The notes beneath the pieces were generated by a model that saw nothing but the letters and a program-made list of their open reading frames with translations, made no database searches and had not been told where the DNA came from. Both the position numbers and the translations under genes were made by a program. From Macrostomum lignano (Eukaryota), in contig NIVC01000755.1 in NCBI GenBank assembly GCA_002269645.1, positions 124,001-188,000 of the forward strand: a DNA stretch of 64,000 bases. The letters are read 5' to 3'. Position 1 is the first letter of the stretch; every line of letters starts with the position of its first letter. Positions 34,526 to 47,840 of this stretch are shown piece by piece.

Positions 34526-37500
34526 ATCTTAGCGTTAGGGAGCCAAAAATACAGTACAAGTTTTGTAATAAACTACATGTAGCATCTCTTTGCAATATAC
34601 CTCAGAAGTCCCTTGTAAGCCTTTAAATGTCAGTAATTCCCCCCACAAGCTTTAACAAATCAACTCCCCCCTTGACATCTCAGCGATGCCCCAAATAAGC
34701 CTTGAAGTCTAAAAAAATCTGTCAACCTTCTAACCCTAACCCTAGCCAAACCCTAACCCTAACCCTAGCCTAACCCTAACCCTAACCCTAGCCTAACCCT
34801 AAAGCATTGAAATTTCAGTAATTCTGAGTCATTATAGCACTACTACAGCGTTATAGCGATTCCCTGCAAGCCTCGACATCGTAGGGATTCCCAAATGAAT
34901 CTCTTAACTTCGACATGAAGCTTCTTTTATTTTTACATTATGCTTTTTCTATCAGTGAGCCCTGAGGAGCCAACAAAAAATGTAATAAAAAGTTTTCATT
35001 AAACTACATGTAGCTTCTGACTTTAGCCTTGAAATCTCATTTATACCCCCGTGAGCCTTGACATCTCAGCTATTCCCCCGTAAGCCTTGACATGTCAGCG
35101 ATGCCCCCCATAAATCTTGAAATCTAAAAAAATCCCTGTTAACCTTGAAACCCGATAAAATATAACCCTCAACCCACACCTGACATAAACCTAACTTTAA
35201 CCCAACCTAAAGCCTTGAAATCTCAGCAATTCTTCTCCCCTAAGCCTTGGCATTTTAGTGTTTTCTTCTTTAAGAATCACCAGCACTATAACGATTTCCA
35301 CCAAGCTTTGACATTGTAGCAATTCCCAAATGAATCTTTTAACTTCGACATGACTTTTCTTTTATGTATACATAGTGCTACTTTTATTTTTTACATGACT
35401 CTGCTTCTATCAGCGCCCCCCCTGTGGCGAGCCAACAATGAATGTAATAAAAATTGAGTAAAGTACATGAACTTTGAAGTAGCTTCTGACTTTTGCTTTG
35501 ACATCTCAGAAACCCCCCCCCCACCTGTAATCTCAGTTATTCTCTGTGAGCCTTGACGTCTCAGTAATTCTCCCCAGCACAGCACTGTACTATAGCTTCA
35601 TTTAATTTTTATATGACACCTTTCATGTCTGACATGGCGCTTCTTTTGATTTTTACATGACGCTTCTTTTATTCTTCCATTATTCTTCTTAATTTTTTAA
35701 ATGACACTTTCATTAGTTTTTTTATGAGGCTTCTATGATTGTTTGCATGACGCTTCTATGATTTTACCATGACGCTTCTATTATTGTTTGCATGACGCTT
35801 CTATGATTTTTACATGACGCAACTATGATTTTTTAAATGACGCTTTTATGATTTTTTACATGACGCTTTTATGATTTTTTTACATGACGCTTCTATGCTT
35901 GTTTACATGACGCTTCTATGATTGTTTACATGACGCTTCTATGATTGTTTACATGATGCTTCTATGATTGTTTACATGACGCTTCTATGCTTGTTTGCAT
36001 GACGCTTCTATGATTTTTTACATGATGCTTCTATGATTGTTTACATGACGCTTCTATGATTTTTACATGTCGCTTCTATGATTTTTTCATGACGCTTCTA
36101 TGATTTTTGCATGACGCTTCCATGATTTTTTACATGACGCATTAATGGTTTTTTCATGTCACTTCTATGATTTTTTCATGACGCTTCTATGATTTTTTAT
36201 GACGCTATTTTGACTTTTACATGACGCTTCTATGATTGTTTGCATGACGCTTCTATGATTTTTACATGACGCTACTATGATTGTTTGCATGACGCTTCTA
36301 TGATTTTTACATGACGCTACTATGATTGTTTGCATGACGCTTCTATGATTTTTAATGACGCTACTATGATTGTTTTCATGACGCTTCTATGATTGTTTGC
36401 ATGACGCTTCTATGATTATTACATGACGCTTTTATTATTTTTTCATGACGCTTCCATGATTTTTTCATGACGCTTCTATGATTTTTTATGACGCTTTTTT
36501 GACTTTTACATGACGCTTCTATGATTGTTTGCATGACGCTTCTATGATTGTTTACATGACGCTTCTATGATTTTACCATGACGCTTCTATGATTGTTTGC
36601 ATGACGCTTCTATAAATTTTTACATGACGCTTCTATGATTTTTACATGACGCTACTATGATTTTTACATGACGCTTCTATGATTTTTTCATGACGCCTCT
36701 ATGATTGTTTACATGACGCTTCTATGATTTTTTACATTACACTTCCATGATTTTTATATAACGCTTTTACGATTTTTACATGGCGATTCTATGATTGTTT
36801 ACATGACGCTTCTATGATTTTTTACATGACGCTTCTATGATTTTTTCATGACGCTTCTATGATTTTTTACATGACGCTTCTATGATTTTTACATGACGCT
36901 TCTATGATTTTTTACATTACGCTTCTATGATTTTTATATAACGCTTTTACGATTTTTTACATGGCGCTTCTATGATTGTTTGCATGACACTTCTATGATT
37001 TTTTCATGACGCTTCTATGATTTTTACATGACGCTTCTATGATTTTTTCATGTCACTTCGATGATTTTTTATGACGCTTCTATGATTTTTTATGACGCTA
37101 TTTTGACTTTTACATGACGCTTCTATGATTGTTTACATGACGCTTCTATGATTTTTTAAATGACGCTACTATGATTGTTTGCATGACGCTTCTATGATTT
37201 TTACATGACGCTACTATGATTGTTTGCATGACGCTTCTATGATTTTTAATGACGCTACTATGATTGTTTACATGACGGTTCTATGATTTTTTCATGACGC
37301 TTCTATGATTTTTGCATGACGCTTCTATGATTAATACATGACGCTTTTATTATTTTTTCATGACGCTTCCATGATTTTTTCATGACGCTTCTATGATTTT
37401 TTATGACGCTTTTTTGACTTTTACATGACGCTTCTATGATTGTTTGCATGACGCTTCTATGATTGTTTACATGACGCTTCTATGATTTTTTCATGACGCT

Positions 37501-38381
37501 TCTATGATTTTTACATGACGCTTCTATGATTGTTTGCATGACGCTTCTATGATTGTTTACATGACGCTTCTATGATTTTTTCATGACGCTTCTATGATTT
37601 TTTACATGACGCTTCTATGATTGTTTGCATGACGCTTCTATGATTTTTTACATTACACTTCCATGATTTTTATATAACGCTTTTACGATTTTTTACATGG
37701 CGCTTCTATGATTGTTTACATGACACTTCTATGATTTTTTACATGACGCTTCTTTTTAAAAAGTCTTTTAGTTTTCCTGACGTTGAAAAGTTTTAATTGA
37801 AAAAATTATACTCTATGAAAATTCGAACCATCGTCGCTGCATTTGGCAGTTCAGTTTGTTCACCTCTAGGCTAGCTCTCATCGTTTTGATAACATCAAAT
37901 TTTGCACTTATATAATTCAACACTTTAAAATCCAAGCATAGAGTAAATCACACGAAGCAGTTATGACATCATCAGTTTCTCAGTCAGTCAATATCAGTTA
38001 ACAATTATGGTTACGCAATTTAAATCAAGTCTGGTGCTACGCTTCCACACTGCATTTTCAATTCAAGTCGGAGTTACAATTCAGTTATGATGCAATCTAT
38101 TTCAGAATCAGAATTCAACCAGTCAGTTTTTTCTCTAGCATTCTTACAATGCATTTCAAGTCGAAAAGTTTGCTTGACCTTTGCAAAAAAGCATGTTTTT
38201 CGAATATTTAATCCCTTTAGCATCGAGCAATTTCTTAGCCACGATGCATGTACCGTCACGGGAAAATTTCTGATCGAACAGTGCAAGTCTCATGAAAATC
38301 GGTCCAGCCATTTTTTCTCTAATCGATTGCGTACAAACAAACAAACAAACAAACAAACAAACTCAACTTTAGTATATAAGA
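34526..38381 (-). mobile_element. Family B Helitron E1 (alpha type)
   Basis: 5' end TCTTATATACTAAA at 38381, followed by (TTTG)n and the conserved core. 3' end degenerate; body aligns with E3. Confidence 0.85.
35610..37755. repeat. 22-23-bp minisatellite CATGACGCTTCTATGATT(G/T)TTTA
   Basis: Direct reading. Confidence 0.97.
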
Positions 38382-38509
38382 CTAGCAATCTTTGCCCCCC
38401 GATGGGGGACATCTGGATAGAATCCTTGTTTTTTACAAATAACAAATAGACAGCGAAATAAAGCCTTCAGAAAAAACAACAGACATTCCCTCTTAAAAAC
38501 AAAACATCC

Positions 38510-39055
38510 CAAGACAGCAAGCATCCTCAGACAACATTCAAGCATTGATCCCCAAATAGCAAGCATCCCCCAGACTGCAAGCATCCCCAGATAGCAAGCA
38601 TCCCCAGATAGCAAGCATCCCTCAGACTGCAAGCATCCCCCGATAGCAAGCATTCCCCCAGACCCCAGATAGCAAGCATCCCCCAGATAGCAAGCATCCC
38701 GCAGATAGCAAGCATCCCCCAGATCGCAAGCATCCCCAGATAGCAAGCATTCCCCCAGACCCCAGATAGCAAGCGTCCCCCAGATAGCAAGCATCCCGCA
38801 GATAGCAAGCATCCCCCAGATAGCAAGCATCCCGCAGATAGCAAGCATCCCCCAGATAGCAAGCATCCCCCCCCCCAGATAGCAAGCATCCCCAGACAGC
38901 AAGCAACCCCTGATAGCAAGCATAACCTGGATACAAAGATACCTTATAGATATCTAGCAACCCCCTCTCAGATAGCAAGTACTCTCCACCCCCAAGAGCA
39001 AGCATCCCCCTGATAGCAAGTATCCATCCTTAAATAGCAAGCATCCACCAGAGAA
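38510..39055. repeat. 17-18-bp minisatellite GATAGCAAGCATCCCCCA
   Basis: Direct reading; also at 48080-48495 and 62520-62870. Confidence 0.95.
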
Positions 39056-39104
39056 CAAGTAGCTAGTGCAACAATTTCCTTAGCTTTATAATGGTTTCAT
39101 TTTG

Positions 39105-40870
39105 TTTGGCATGACACTTCTTTTATGTTTGAAATGGTGTCTCTTTTTTGTTTAAAAAAGTGGCTTTTTAATGTTTGACATGGTAGCTCTTTTGTGTTTG
39201 ACATGATAGCTCTTTAATGTTGGACGTGGTGGCCCTTTTGTGTTTGACATGGTAGCTCTTTAATGTTTGACATGGTGGCTCTTCTATGTTTGCCATGGCG
39301 GCCCTTTTACGTTTGAAATGGTGTCTCTGTTATGTTTGACATGGTGGCTTAGTTGTTTGACATGGTGGCTCTTCTATGTTTGACATGGTGGCTCTTCTAT
39401 GTTTGACATGGCGGCCCTTTTACATTTGAAATTGTGTCTTTTTATATTGGGCATAATGGCTCAATAATGTTTTGACATGGTAGCTCTTTTATGTTTGATA
39501 TGGTGGCTCCCTTATGTGTGACATGGTGTCTTTTTTATTTTTAATGTTTGACATGGAGTCATATATGTTTGACATGGAGTCATATATGTTTGACATGGAG
39601 TCATATATGTTTGACATGGTGGCTCTTTAATGTTTGACATGGAGTCACGTATATGTTTGACATGGTGGCTCTTTAATGTTTGACATTGAGTCACGTATAT
39701 GTTTCACATGATGGCTCTTTTATATTTTACATGGTGGCTCTTTTATGTTCGACATGGCTGATCTTGAATGTTTGACATGGTGGCTCTTTAATGTTTGACA
39801 TGGTGGCTCTTTAATGTTTGACATGGTGGCTCTTTTATGTTTGATATGGTGGCTCCTTAATGTTGAACATGGTGGCTCTTTAATGTTCGACATGGTGGCT
39901 CTTTTATGTTTGACATGATGGCTCTTTTATGTTTGACATGGTAGATCTTTTATGTTTGACATGGTGGCTCTTAAATGTTTGAAATGTTGTCTCTGTTATG
40001 TTCGACATGGTGTCTCTTGAATGTTTGACATGGTGGCTCTTTAATGTTTGACATGGTGGCTCTTTTATGTTCGACATGGTGGCTCTTTTATGCTCGACAT
40101 GGTGGCTCTTTAATGTTTGACATGGTGGCTCTTTAATGTTCAACATGGTGGCTATTTTATGCTCGACATGGTGGCTCTTTTATGTTTGACATGGTGGCTC
40201 TTAAATGTTTGAAATGTTGTCTCTGTTATGTTCGACATGGTTTCTCTTGAATGTTTGACATGGTGGCTCTTTAATGTTTGACATGGTGGCTCTTTTATGT
40301 TTGACATGGTGGCTCTTTTATGCTCGACATGGTCGCTCTTTTATGTTTGACATGGTGGCTCTTAAATGTTTGAAATGTTGTCTCTGTTATGTTCGACATG
40401 GTGGCTCTTTTATTTTTGACATGGTAGCTCTTTTATATTTTACTTGGTGGCTCTTTAATGTTTGACATGGTGGCTCTTCAATGTTCAAAATGGTGGCTCT
40501 TTAATGTTCGACATGGTGGCTCTTTAATGTTTGACATGATGGCTCTTTTATGTTTGAAATGTTGTCTCTGTTATGTTTGACATAGTGGCTCTTTAATGTT
40601 CGACATGGTGGCTCTTTTATGTTTGACATGATGGCTCTTTTATGTTTGAAATGTTGTCTCTGTTATGTTCGACATGGTGGCTCTTTAATGTTTGACATGG
40701 TGGCTCTTTAATGTTTGACATTGAGTCACGTATATGTTTCACATGGTGGCTCTTTTATGTTTGAAATGGTGGCTCTTTTATGTTTGACATGGTGTCTCTT
40801 CTGTGTTCTACATGGTGGCACTTTTTTTGTTTGGCATGGTGGCTCTTTTATATTTGACATTGCGCTTCTT
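39105..40870. repeat. 23-bp minisatellite TGTTTGACATGGTGGCTCTTT(A/T)A
   Basis: Direct reading; also at 62935-64000. Confidence 0.97.
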
Positions 40871-40930
40871 TTATGTTTAGCATTTTGTGTTTTAAAGTGT
40901 TTTAATAAAAAAATGTTTTTGCACTACTAA

Positions 40931-40983
40931 GATTCGAACCCAGGTCGCTACATTAGCAGTCCAGTCTGTTCGCATCTTGGCTA
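40931..40983 (-). promoter_or_regulatory. tRNA-derived Pol III box in family B core (also 37821-37875, 47281-47335, 51169-51222, 61800-61853)
   Basis: Minus strand TAGCCAAGATGCG...TGGACTGCTAAT...GGGTTCGAATC, followed by a T-run. Confidence 0.55.
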
Positions 40984-41461
40984 TCTCTTTTCAATTGGAG
41001 AACATGTATTGTGGCCCTTATAATTCAATTCTTATAGCAAGTCAGTTAGAGTAAAAAGTTATGACATAATCAATTTCTCAGTCAGCCAGTATCAGTCTCA
41101 ATTCAAGTTAGCAATATGGTTACGCAATTACAATCAAGTCTTGTGTGCATTTTTCGACACTGTTTTCATCTTGTTGTGATGCAATCTTTATCACAATTGA
41201 AATTCAGTCAGTCAGTTTTTTCTTTCGCATTTTTACAATTCATTTCAGGTCGAAAGAGCTGCTTGACCTTTGCAAAAAAGCATGTTTTTCGAATATTTAA
41301 TCCCTTTAAAATTGAGCAATTTCTTAGCCAAGATGCATGTACCGTCCCAGGAAAATTTCTGATCAAATGGTGCAAGTTTGAAGAAAATCGGTTGAGCCAC
41401 TTTTTCTGAAATCTATCGCATAGCTAGTTAGTTACAGACATTTCATTTTTAGTATATATGA

Positions 41462-41516
41462 CTAGAGCGTTATGGACATTCAAACATACAAACCTTAGAG
41501 ATTTAGTATATTTAGA
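41462..41516 (-). mobile_element. 55-bp mini-Helitron derivative between E2 and E3
   Basis: Minus strand starts TCTAAATATACTAAA and ends CTAG; abuts both neighbours exactly. Confidence 0.65.
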
Positions 41517-44500
41517 CTAGCAATCTACGCCCCCCGTTGGGGAGCCAAAGAAATGCAATACACGTTTTTTTAATAAGCTACATGTATCCTTGAAATCTTA
41601 AAAAATCTCCTGTCAAACCTTGTAAGCCTTGACATGTCAGTTATCCCCCCACAAGCTTTAACATATCAACTTCCCCCCTTGACATCTCAGCAATGCCCCC
41701 AATAAGCCTTGGAAATCTAAAAATATCTGTCAACCTTCTAACCCTAACCCTAGCCTAACCCTAACCCTAACCCTAACCCTAACCTAACCCTAAAACATTG
41801 AAATTTCAGTAATTCTGAGTCATTATAGCACTGCTACAGCATTATAGCGATTCCCTGCAAGCCTCGACATCGTAGGGATTCCCAAATGAATCTCTTAACT
41901 TCGACATGAAGCTTCTTTTATTTTTTACATTATGCTTTTTCTATCAGCGATCCCTCCCCTGAGGAGGCATCAAATAATGTAATAAAAAGTTTTCAATAAA
42001 CTACATGTAGCTTCTGACTTTAGCCTTGACATCTCAGCTATTCCCCCCGTAAGCCTTAACATGTCAGCGATGGCCCCCATAAAACTTGAAATCTAAAAAA
42101 TCCCCTGTTAACCTTGAAACCCGATAAAATATAACCCTCAACCCACACCTGACCTAAACCTAACTTTAACCCAACCTAAAGCCTTGAAATCTCAGCAATT
42201 CTTCTCCCCTAAGCCTTGACATTTTAGTGATTCCTTCTTTAAGAATCACAGCACTATAACGATTTCCACCTAGCTTTGACATCGTAGCAATTCCCAAATG
42301 AATCTTTTAACTTCGACATGACTTTTCTTTTATGTATACATAGTGCTACTTTTATTTTTTACATGACTCTTCTTCTATCAGCGCCCCCCCCGTGGCGAGC
42401 CAACAAAGAATGCAATAAAAAAATTGAGTAAAGTACATGAACTTTGAAGTAGCTTCTGACTTTGCTTTGACATCTCAGAAACCCCCCCCCCTGTAATCTC
42501 AGTTATTCTCTGTGAGCCTTGACGTCTCAGTAATTCTCCCCAGCACAGCACTGTACTATAGCTTCATTCAATTTTTACATGACACCTTTAATGTCTGACA
42601 TGGCGCTTCTTTGGATTTTTACATGACGCTTCTATGATTTTTTACATGACGCTTCTATGATTGTTTACATGACGCTTCTATGATTGTTTACATGACCCTT
42701 CTATGATTTTTTACATGACGCTTCTATGATTGTTTACATGACGCTTCTATGATATTTATATGACGCTTCTACGATTGTTTACATGACGCTTCTATGATTT
42801 TTTACATGACGCTTCTATGATTTTTACATGACGCTTCTATGATTGTTTACATGACGCTTCTATGATTTTTATATGACGCTTCTACGATTCTTTACATGAC
42901 GCTTCTATGATTTTTTACATGACGCTTCTATGATTTTTACATGACGCTTCTATGATTTTTAACATGACGCTTCTATGATTTTTTACATGACGCTTCTATG
43001 ATTTTTTACATAACGCTTCTATGACTTTTTACATGACGCTTCTACGATTCTTTACATGACGCTTCTATGATTTTTTACATGACGCTTCTATGATTGTTTA
43101 CATGACGCTTCTATGATTGTTTACATGACGCTTCTATGATTTTTACATGACGCTTCTATGATTGTTTGCATGACGCTTCTATGGTTGTTTACATGACGCT
43201 TCTATGATTGTTTACATGACGCTTCTATGATTGTTTACATGACGCTTCTATGATTGTTTACATGACGCTTCTATGATTTTTTACATGACGCTTCTATGAT
43301 TGTTTAAATGACGCTTCTATGATTGTTTACATGACGCTTTATGATTGTTTACATGACGCTTCTATGATTGTTTACATGACGCTTCTATGATTGTTTACAT
43401 GACGCTTCTATGATTTTTACATGACGCTTCTATGATTTTTATATGACGCTTCTACGATTTTTACATGACGCTTCTATGATTTTTTACATGACGCTTCTAT
43501 GATTGTTTACATGACGCTTCTATGATTGTTTACATGACGCTTCTATGATTTTTATATGACGCTTCTATGATTTTTACATGACGCTTCTATGATTGTTTAC
43601 ATGACGCTTCTATGATTGTTTACATGACGCTTCTATGATTTTTACATGACGCTTCTATGATTGTTTACATGACGCTTCTATGATTGTTTACATGACGCTT
43701 CTATGATTGTTTACATGACGCTTTATGATTGTTTACATGACGCTTCTATGATTGTTTACATGACGCTTCTATGATTGTTTACATGACGCTTCTATGATTT
43801 TTTACATGACGCTTCTATGATTTTTATATGACGCTTCTATGATTTTTACATGACGCTTCTATGATTTTTTACATGACGCTTTATGATTTTTTAAATGACG
43901 CTTCTATGATTTTTATATGACGCTTCTACGATTTTTTACATGACGCTTCTATGATTTTTTACATGACGCTTCTATGATTTTTACATGACGCTTCTATGAT
44001 TTTTACATGACGCTTCTATGATTTTTACATGACGCTTCTATGATTGTTTACATGACGCTTCTATGATTGTTTACATGACGCTTCTATGATTTTTATATGA
44101 CGCTTCTACGATTTTTTACATGACGCTTTTAAGATTTTTACATGACGCTTCTATGATTGTTTACATGTCGCTTTATGATTTTTACATGACGCTTCTATGA
44201 TTGTTTATATGACGCTTCATGATTTTTACATGACGCTTTATGATTGTTTACATGACGCTTCTATGATTGTTTACATGACGCTTCTATGATTTTTACATGA
44301 CGCTTCTATGATTTTTTAAATGACGCTTCTATGATTTTTTATATGACGCTTCTATGATTGTTTACATGACGCTTCTATGATTTTTACATGACGTTCTATG
44401 ATTTTTAATGACGCTTCTATGATTTTTTATATGACGCTTCTATGATTTTTTACATGACGCTTTATGATTTTTACATGACGCTTCTATGATTGTTTACATG

Positions 44501-47500
44501 TCGCTTCTATGATTTTTTACATGACGCTTCTATGATTGTTTATATGACGCTTCTATGATTTTTACATGACGCTTCTATGATTGTTTACATGACGCTTCTA
44601 TGATTTTTAAATGACGCTTCTATGATTGTTTACATGACGCTTCTATGATTTTTTACATGACGCTTCTATGATTGTTTACATGACGCTTCTATGATTGTTT
44701 ACATGACGCTTCTATGATTTTTACATGACGCTTCTATGATTGTTTACATGACGCTTCTATGATTTTTACATGACGCTTCTATGATTGTTTACATGACGCT
44801 TCTATGATTGTTTACATGACGCTTCTATGATTGTTTACATGACGCTTCTATGATTTTTACATGACGCTTCTATGATTGTTTACATGACGCTTCTATGATT
44901 TTTTACATGACGCTTCTATGATTGTTTACATGACACTTCTATGATTGTTTACATGACGCTTCTATGATTTTTACATGACGCTTCTATGATTTTTACATGA
45001 CGCTTCTATGATTGTTTACATGACGCTTCTATGATTTTTTACATGACGCTTTATGATTTTTAATGACGCTTCTATGATTTTTACATGACGCTTCTATGAT
45101 TTTTTACATGACGCTTCTATGATTTTTTACATGACGCTTCTATGATTTTTTACATGACGCTTCTACGATTTTTACATGACGCTTCTATGATTTTTTACAT
45201 GACGCTTCTATGATTGTTTACATGACGCTTCTATGATTGTTTACATGACGCTTCTATGATTTTTACATGACGCTTCTATGATTTTTTACATGACGCTTCT
45301 ATGATTGTTTACATGACGCTTCTATGATTTTTTACATGACGCTTCTATGATTTTTTTACATGACGCTTCTATGATTGTTTGCATGACGCTTCTATGATTG
45401 TTTACATGACGCTTCTATGATTGTTTACATGACGCTTCTATGATTGTTTACATGACGCTTCTATGATTTTTTACATGACGCTTCTATGATTGTTTACATG
45501 ACGCTTCTATGATTGTTTACATGACGCTTCTATGATTGTTTACATGACGCTTCTATGATTGTTTACATGACGCTTCTATGATTGTTTACATGACGCTTCT
45601 ATGATTTTTTACATGACGCTTCTATGATTTTTATATGACGCTTCTACGATTCTTTACATGACGCTTTTATGATTTTTTACATGACGCTTCTATGATTGTT
45701 TACATGACGCTTCTATGATTGTTTACATGATGCTTCTATGATTTTTATATGACGCTTCTACGATTTTTACATGACGCTTCTATGATTGTTTACATGACGC
45801 TTCTATGATTGTTTACATGACGCTTCTATGATTTTTTACATGACGCTTCTATGATTGTTTACATGACGCTTCTATGATTGTTTACATGACGCTTCTATGA
45901 TTTTTTACATGACGCTTCTATGATTTTTAATGACGCTTCTATGATTTTTATATGACGCTTCTATGATTTTTTACATGACGCTTCTATGATTTTTTACATG
46001 ACGCTTCTATGATTTTTTACATGACGCTTCTATGATTTTTTACATGACGCTTCTATGATTTTTTACATGACGCTTCTATGATTGTTTACATGACGCTTCT
46101 ATGATTTTTACATGACGCTTCTATGATTTTTATATGACGCTTCTATGATTTTTTACATGACGCTTCTATGATTGTTTACATGACGCTTCTATGATTTTTT
46201 ACATGACGCTTCTATGATTTTTTACATGACGCTTTTAAGATTTTACATGACGCTTCTATGATTGTTTACATGTCGCTTTTATGATTTTTTACATGACGCT
46301 TCTATGATTGTTTATATGACGCTTCAATGATTTTTACATGATGCTTTTATGATTTTTTACATGACGCTTCTATGATTGTTTACATGACGCTTCTATGATT
46401 TTTACATGACGTTTCTATGATTTTTTAAATGACGCTTCTATGATTTTTTATATGACGCTTCTATGATTGTTTACATGACGCTTCTATGATTTTTACATGA
46501 CGTTTCTATGATTTTTTAAATGACGCTTCTATGATTTTTTTATATGACGCTTCTATGATTTTTTACATGACGCTTTTAAGATTTTTACATGACGCTTCTA
46601 TGATTGTTTACATGTCGCTTCTATGATTTTTTACATGACGCTTCTATGATTGTTTATATGACGCTTCAATGATTTTTACATGACGCTTCTATGATTGTTT
46701 ACCTGACGCTTCAATGATTTTTACATGACGCTTCTATGATTTTTAAATGACGCTTGTATGATTTTTTACTTGACGCTTCTATGATTTTTAAATGACGCTT
46801 CTATGATTGTTTACATGACGCTTCTATGATTTTTTACATGACGCTTCTATGATTGTTTACATGACGCTTCTATGATTGTTTACATGACGCTTCTATGATT
46901 TTTACATGACGCTTGTATGATTGTTTACAAGACGCTTCTATGATTTTTTACATGACGCTTCTATGATTGTTTACATGACGCTTCTATGATTGTTTACATG
47001 ACGCTTCTATGATTGTTTACATGACGCTTCTATGATTGTTTACATGACGCTTCTATGATTTTTACATGACGCTTCTATGATTGTTTACATGACGCTTCTA
47101 TGATTTTTTTACATGACGCTTCTATGATTTTTTTACATGACACTTCTATGATTGTTTACATGACGCTTCTATGATTTTTACATGACGCTTCTATGATTTT
47201 TACATGACGATTCTTTTTTAAAAGTATTTTAGTTTTCCTGACGTTGAAAAGCTTTAATTAAAAAAATTATACTTTATGAAAATTCGAACCATCGTCTCTG
47301 CATTTAGCAGTTCAGTTTGTTCACCTCTAGGCTAGCTCTCATCGTTTTGATAACATTAAATTTTGCACTTATATAATTCAACACTTGAAAATCCAAGCAT
47401 AGAGTAAATCACACGAGGCAGTTATGACATAATCAGTTTCTCAGTCAGTCAGTATCAGTTAACAATATGGTTACGCAATTTAAATCAAGTCTGGTGCTAC

Positions 47501-47840
47501 GCTTCCACACTGCATTTTCAATTCAAGTCGGAGTTACAATTCAGTTATGATGGAATCTATTTCAGAATCAGAATTCAACCAGTCAGTTTGTTCTCTAGCA
47601 TTCTTACAATGCATTTCAAGTCGAAAGAGCTGCTTGACCTTTGCAAAAAAGCATGTTTTTCGAATATTTAATCCCTTTAGCATCGAGCAATTTCTTAGCC
47701 ACGATGCATGTACAGTCACGGGAAAATTTCTGATCGAACAGTGCAAGTTCGAACAAAATCGGTCCAGCCATTTTTTCTCTAATCGATCACATAGATAGAT
47801 AGATAGATAGACACAGACAGACCATTTTTAGTATATAGGA
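41517..47840 (-). mobile_element. Family B Helitron E3 (alpha type, complete)
   Basis: 3' hairpin + GATTGCTAG at 41517; 5' TCCTATATACTAAA at 47840; (TATC)n/(TGTC) microsatellite near the 5' end. Confidence 0.9.
42585..47215. repeat. 22-23-bp minisatellite CATGACGCTTCTATGATT(G/T)TTTA, ~4.6 kb
   Basis: Direct reading; more homogeneous than the E1 array. Confidence 0.98.

Larger units (their letters stand above)
38382..41461 (-). mobile_element. Family B Helitron E2 (beta type)
   Basis: 3' hairpin CCCCC-ATC-GGGGG + GATTGCTAG at 38382; 5' TCATATATACTAAA at 41461. Confidence 0.9.

Noticed and set aside
34379-34801. True telomere or chromosome end
   Set aside because: Short, degenerate and located at homologous positions inside repeated elements.
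38087-38449. Recurrent ORF MQSISESEFNQS... (also 41116, 47547, 51483, 61999) as a conserved gene
   Set aside because: Recurs because the Helitron 5' core recurs; starts, stops and lengths differ between copies and it runs into microsatellites.
38369-40930. Cys/Gly-rich and His-rich repeat ORFs (GDACYL, MLAIWG, KSHHVK types; also 62323-63674)
   Set aside because: Translations of 18- and 23-bp minisatellites with frequent frame-breaking indels.
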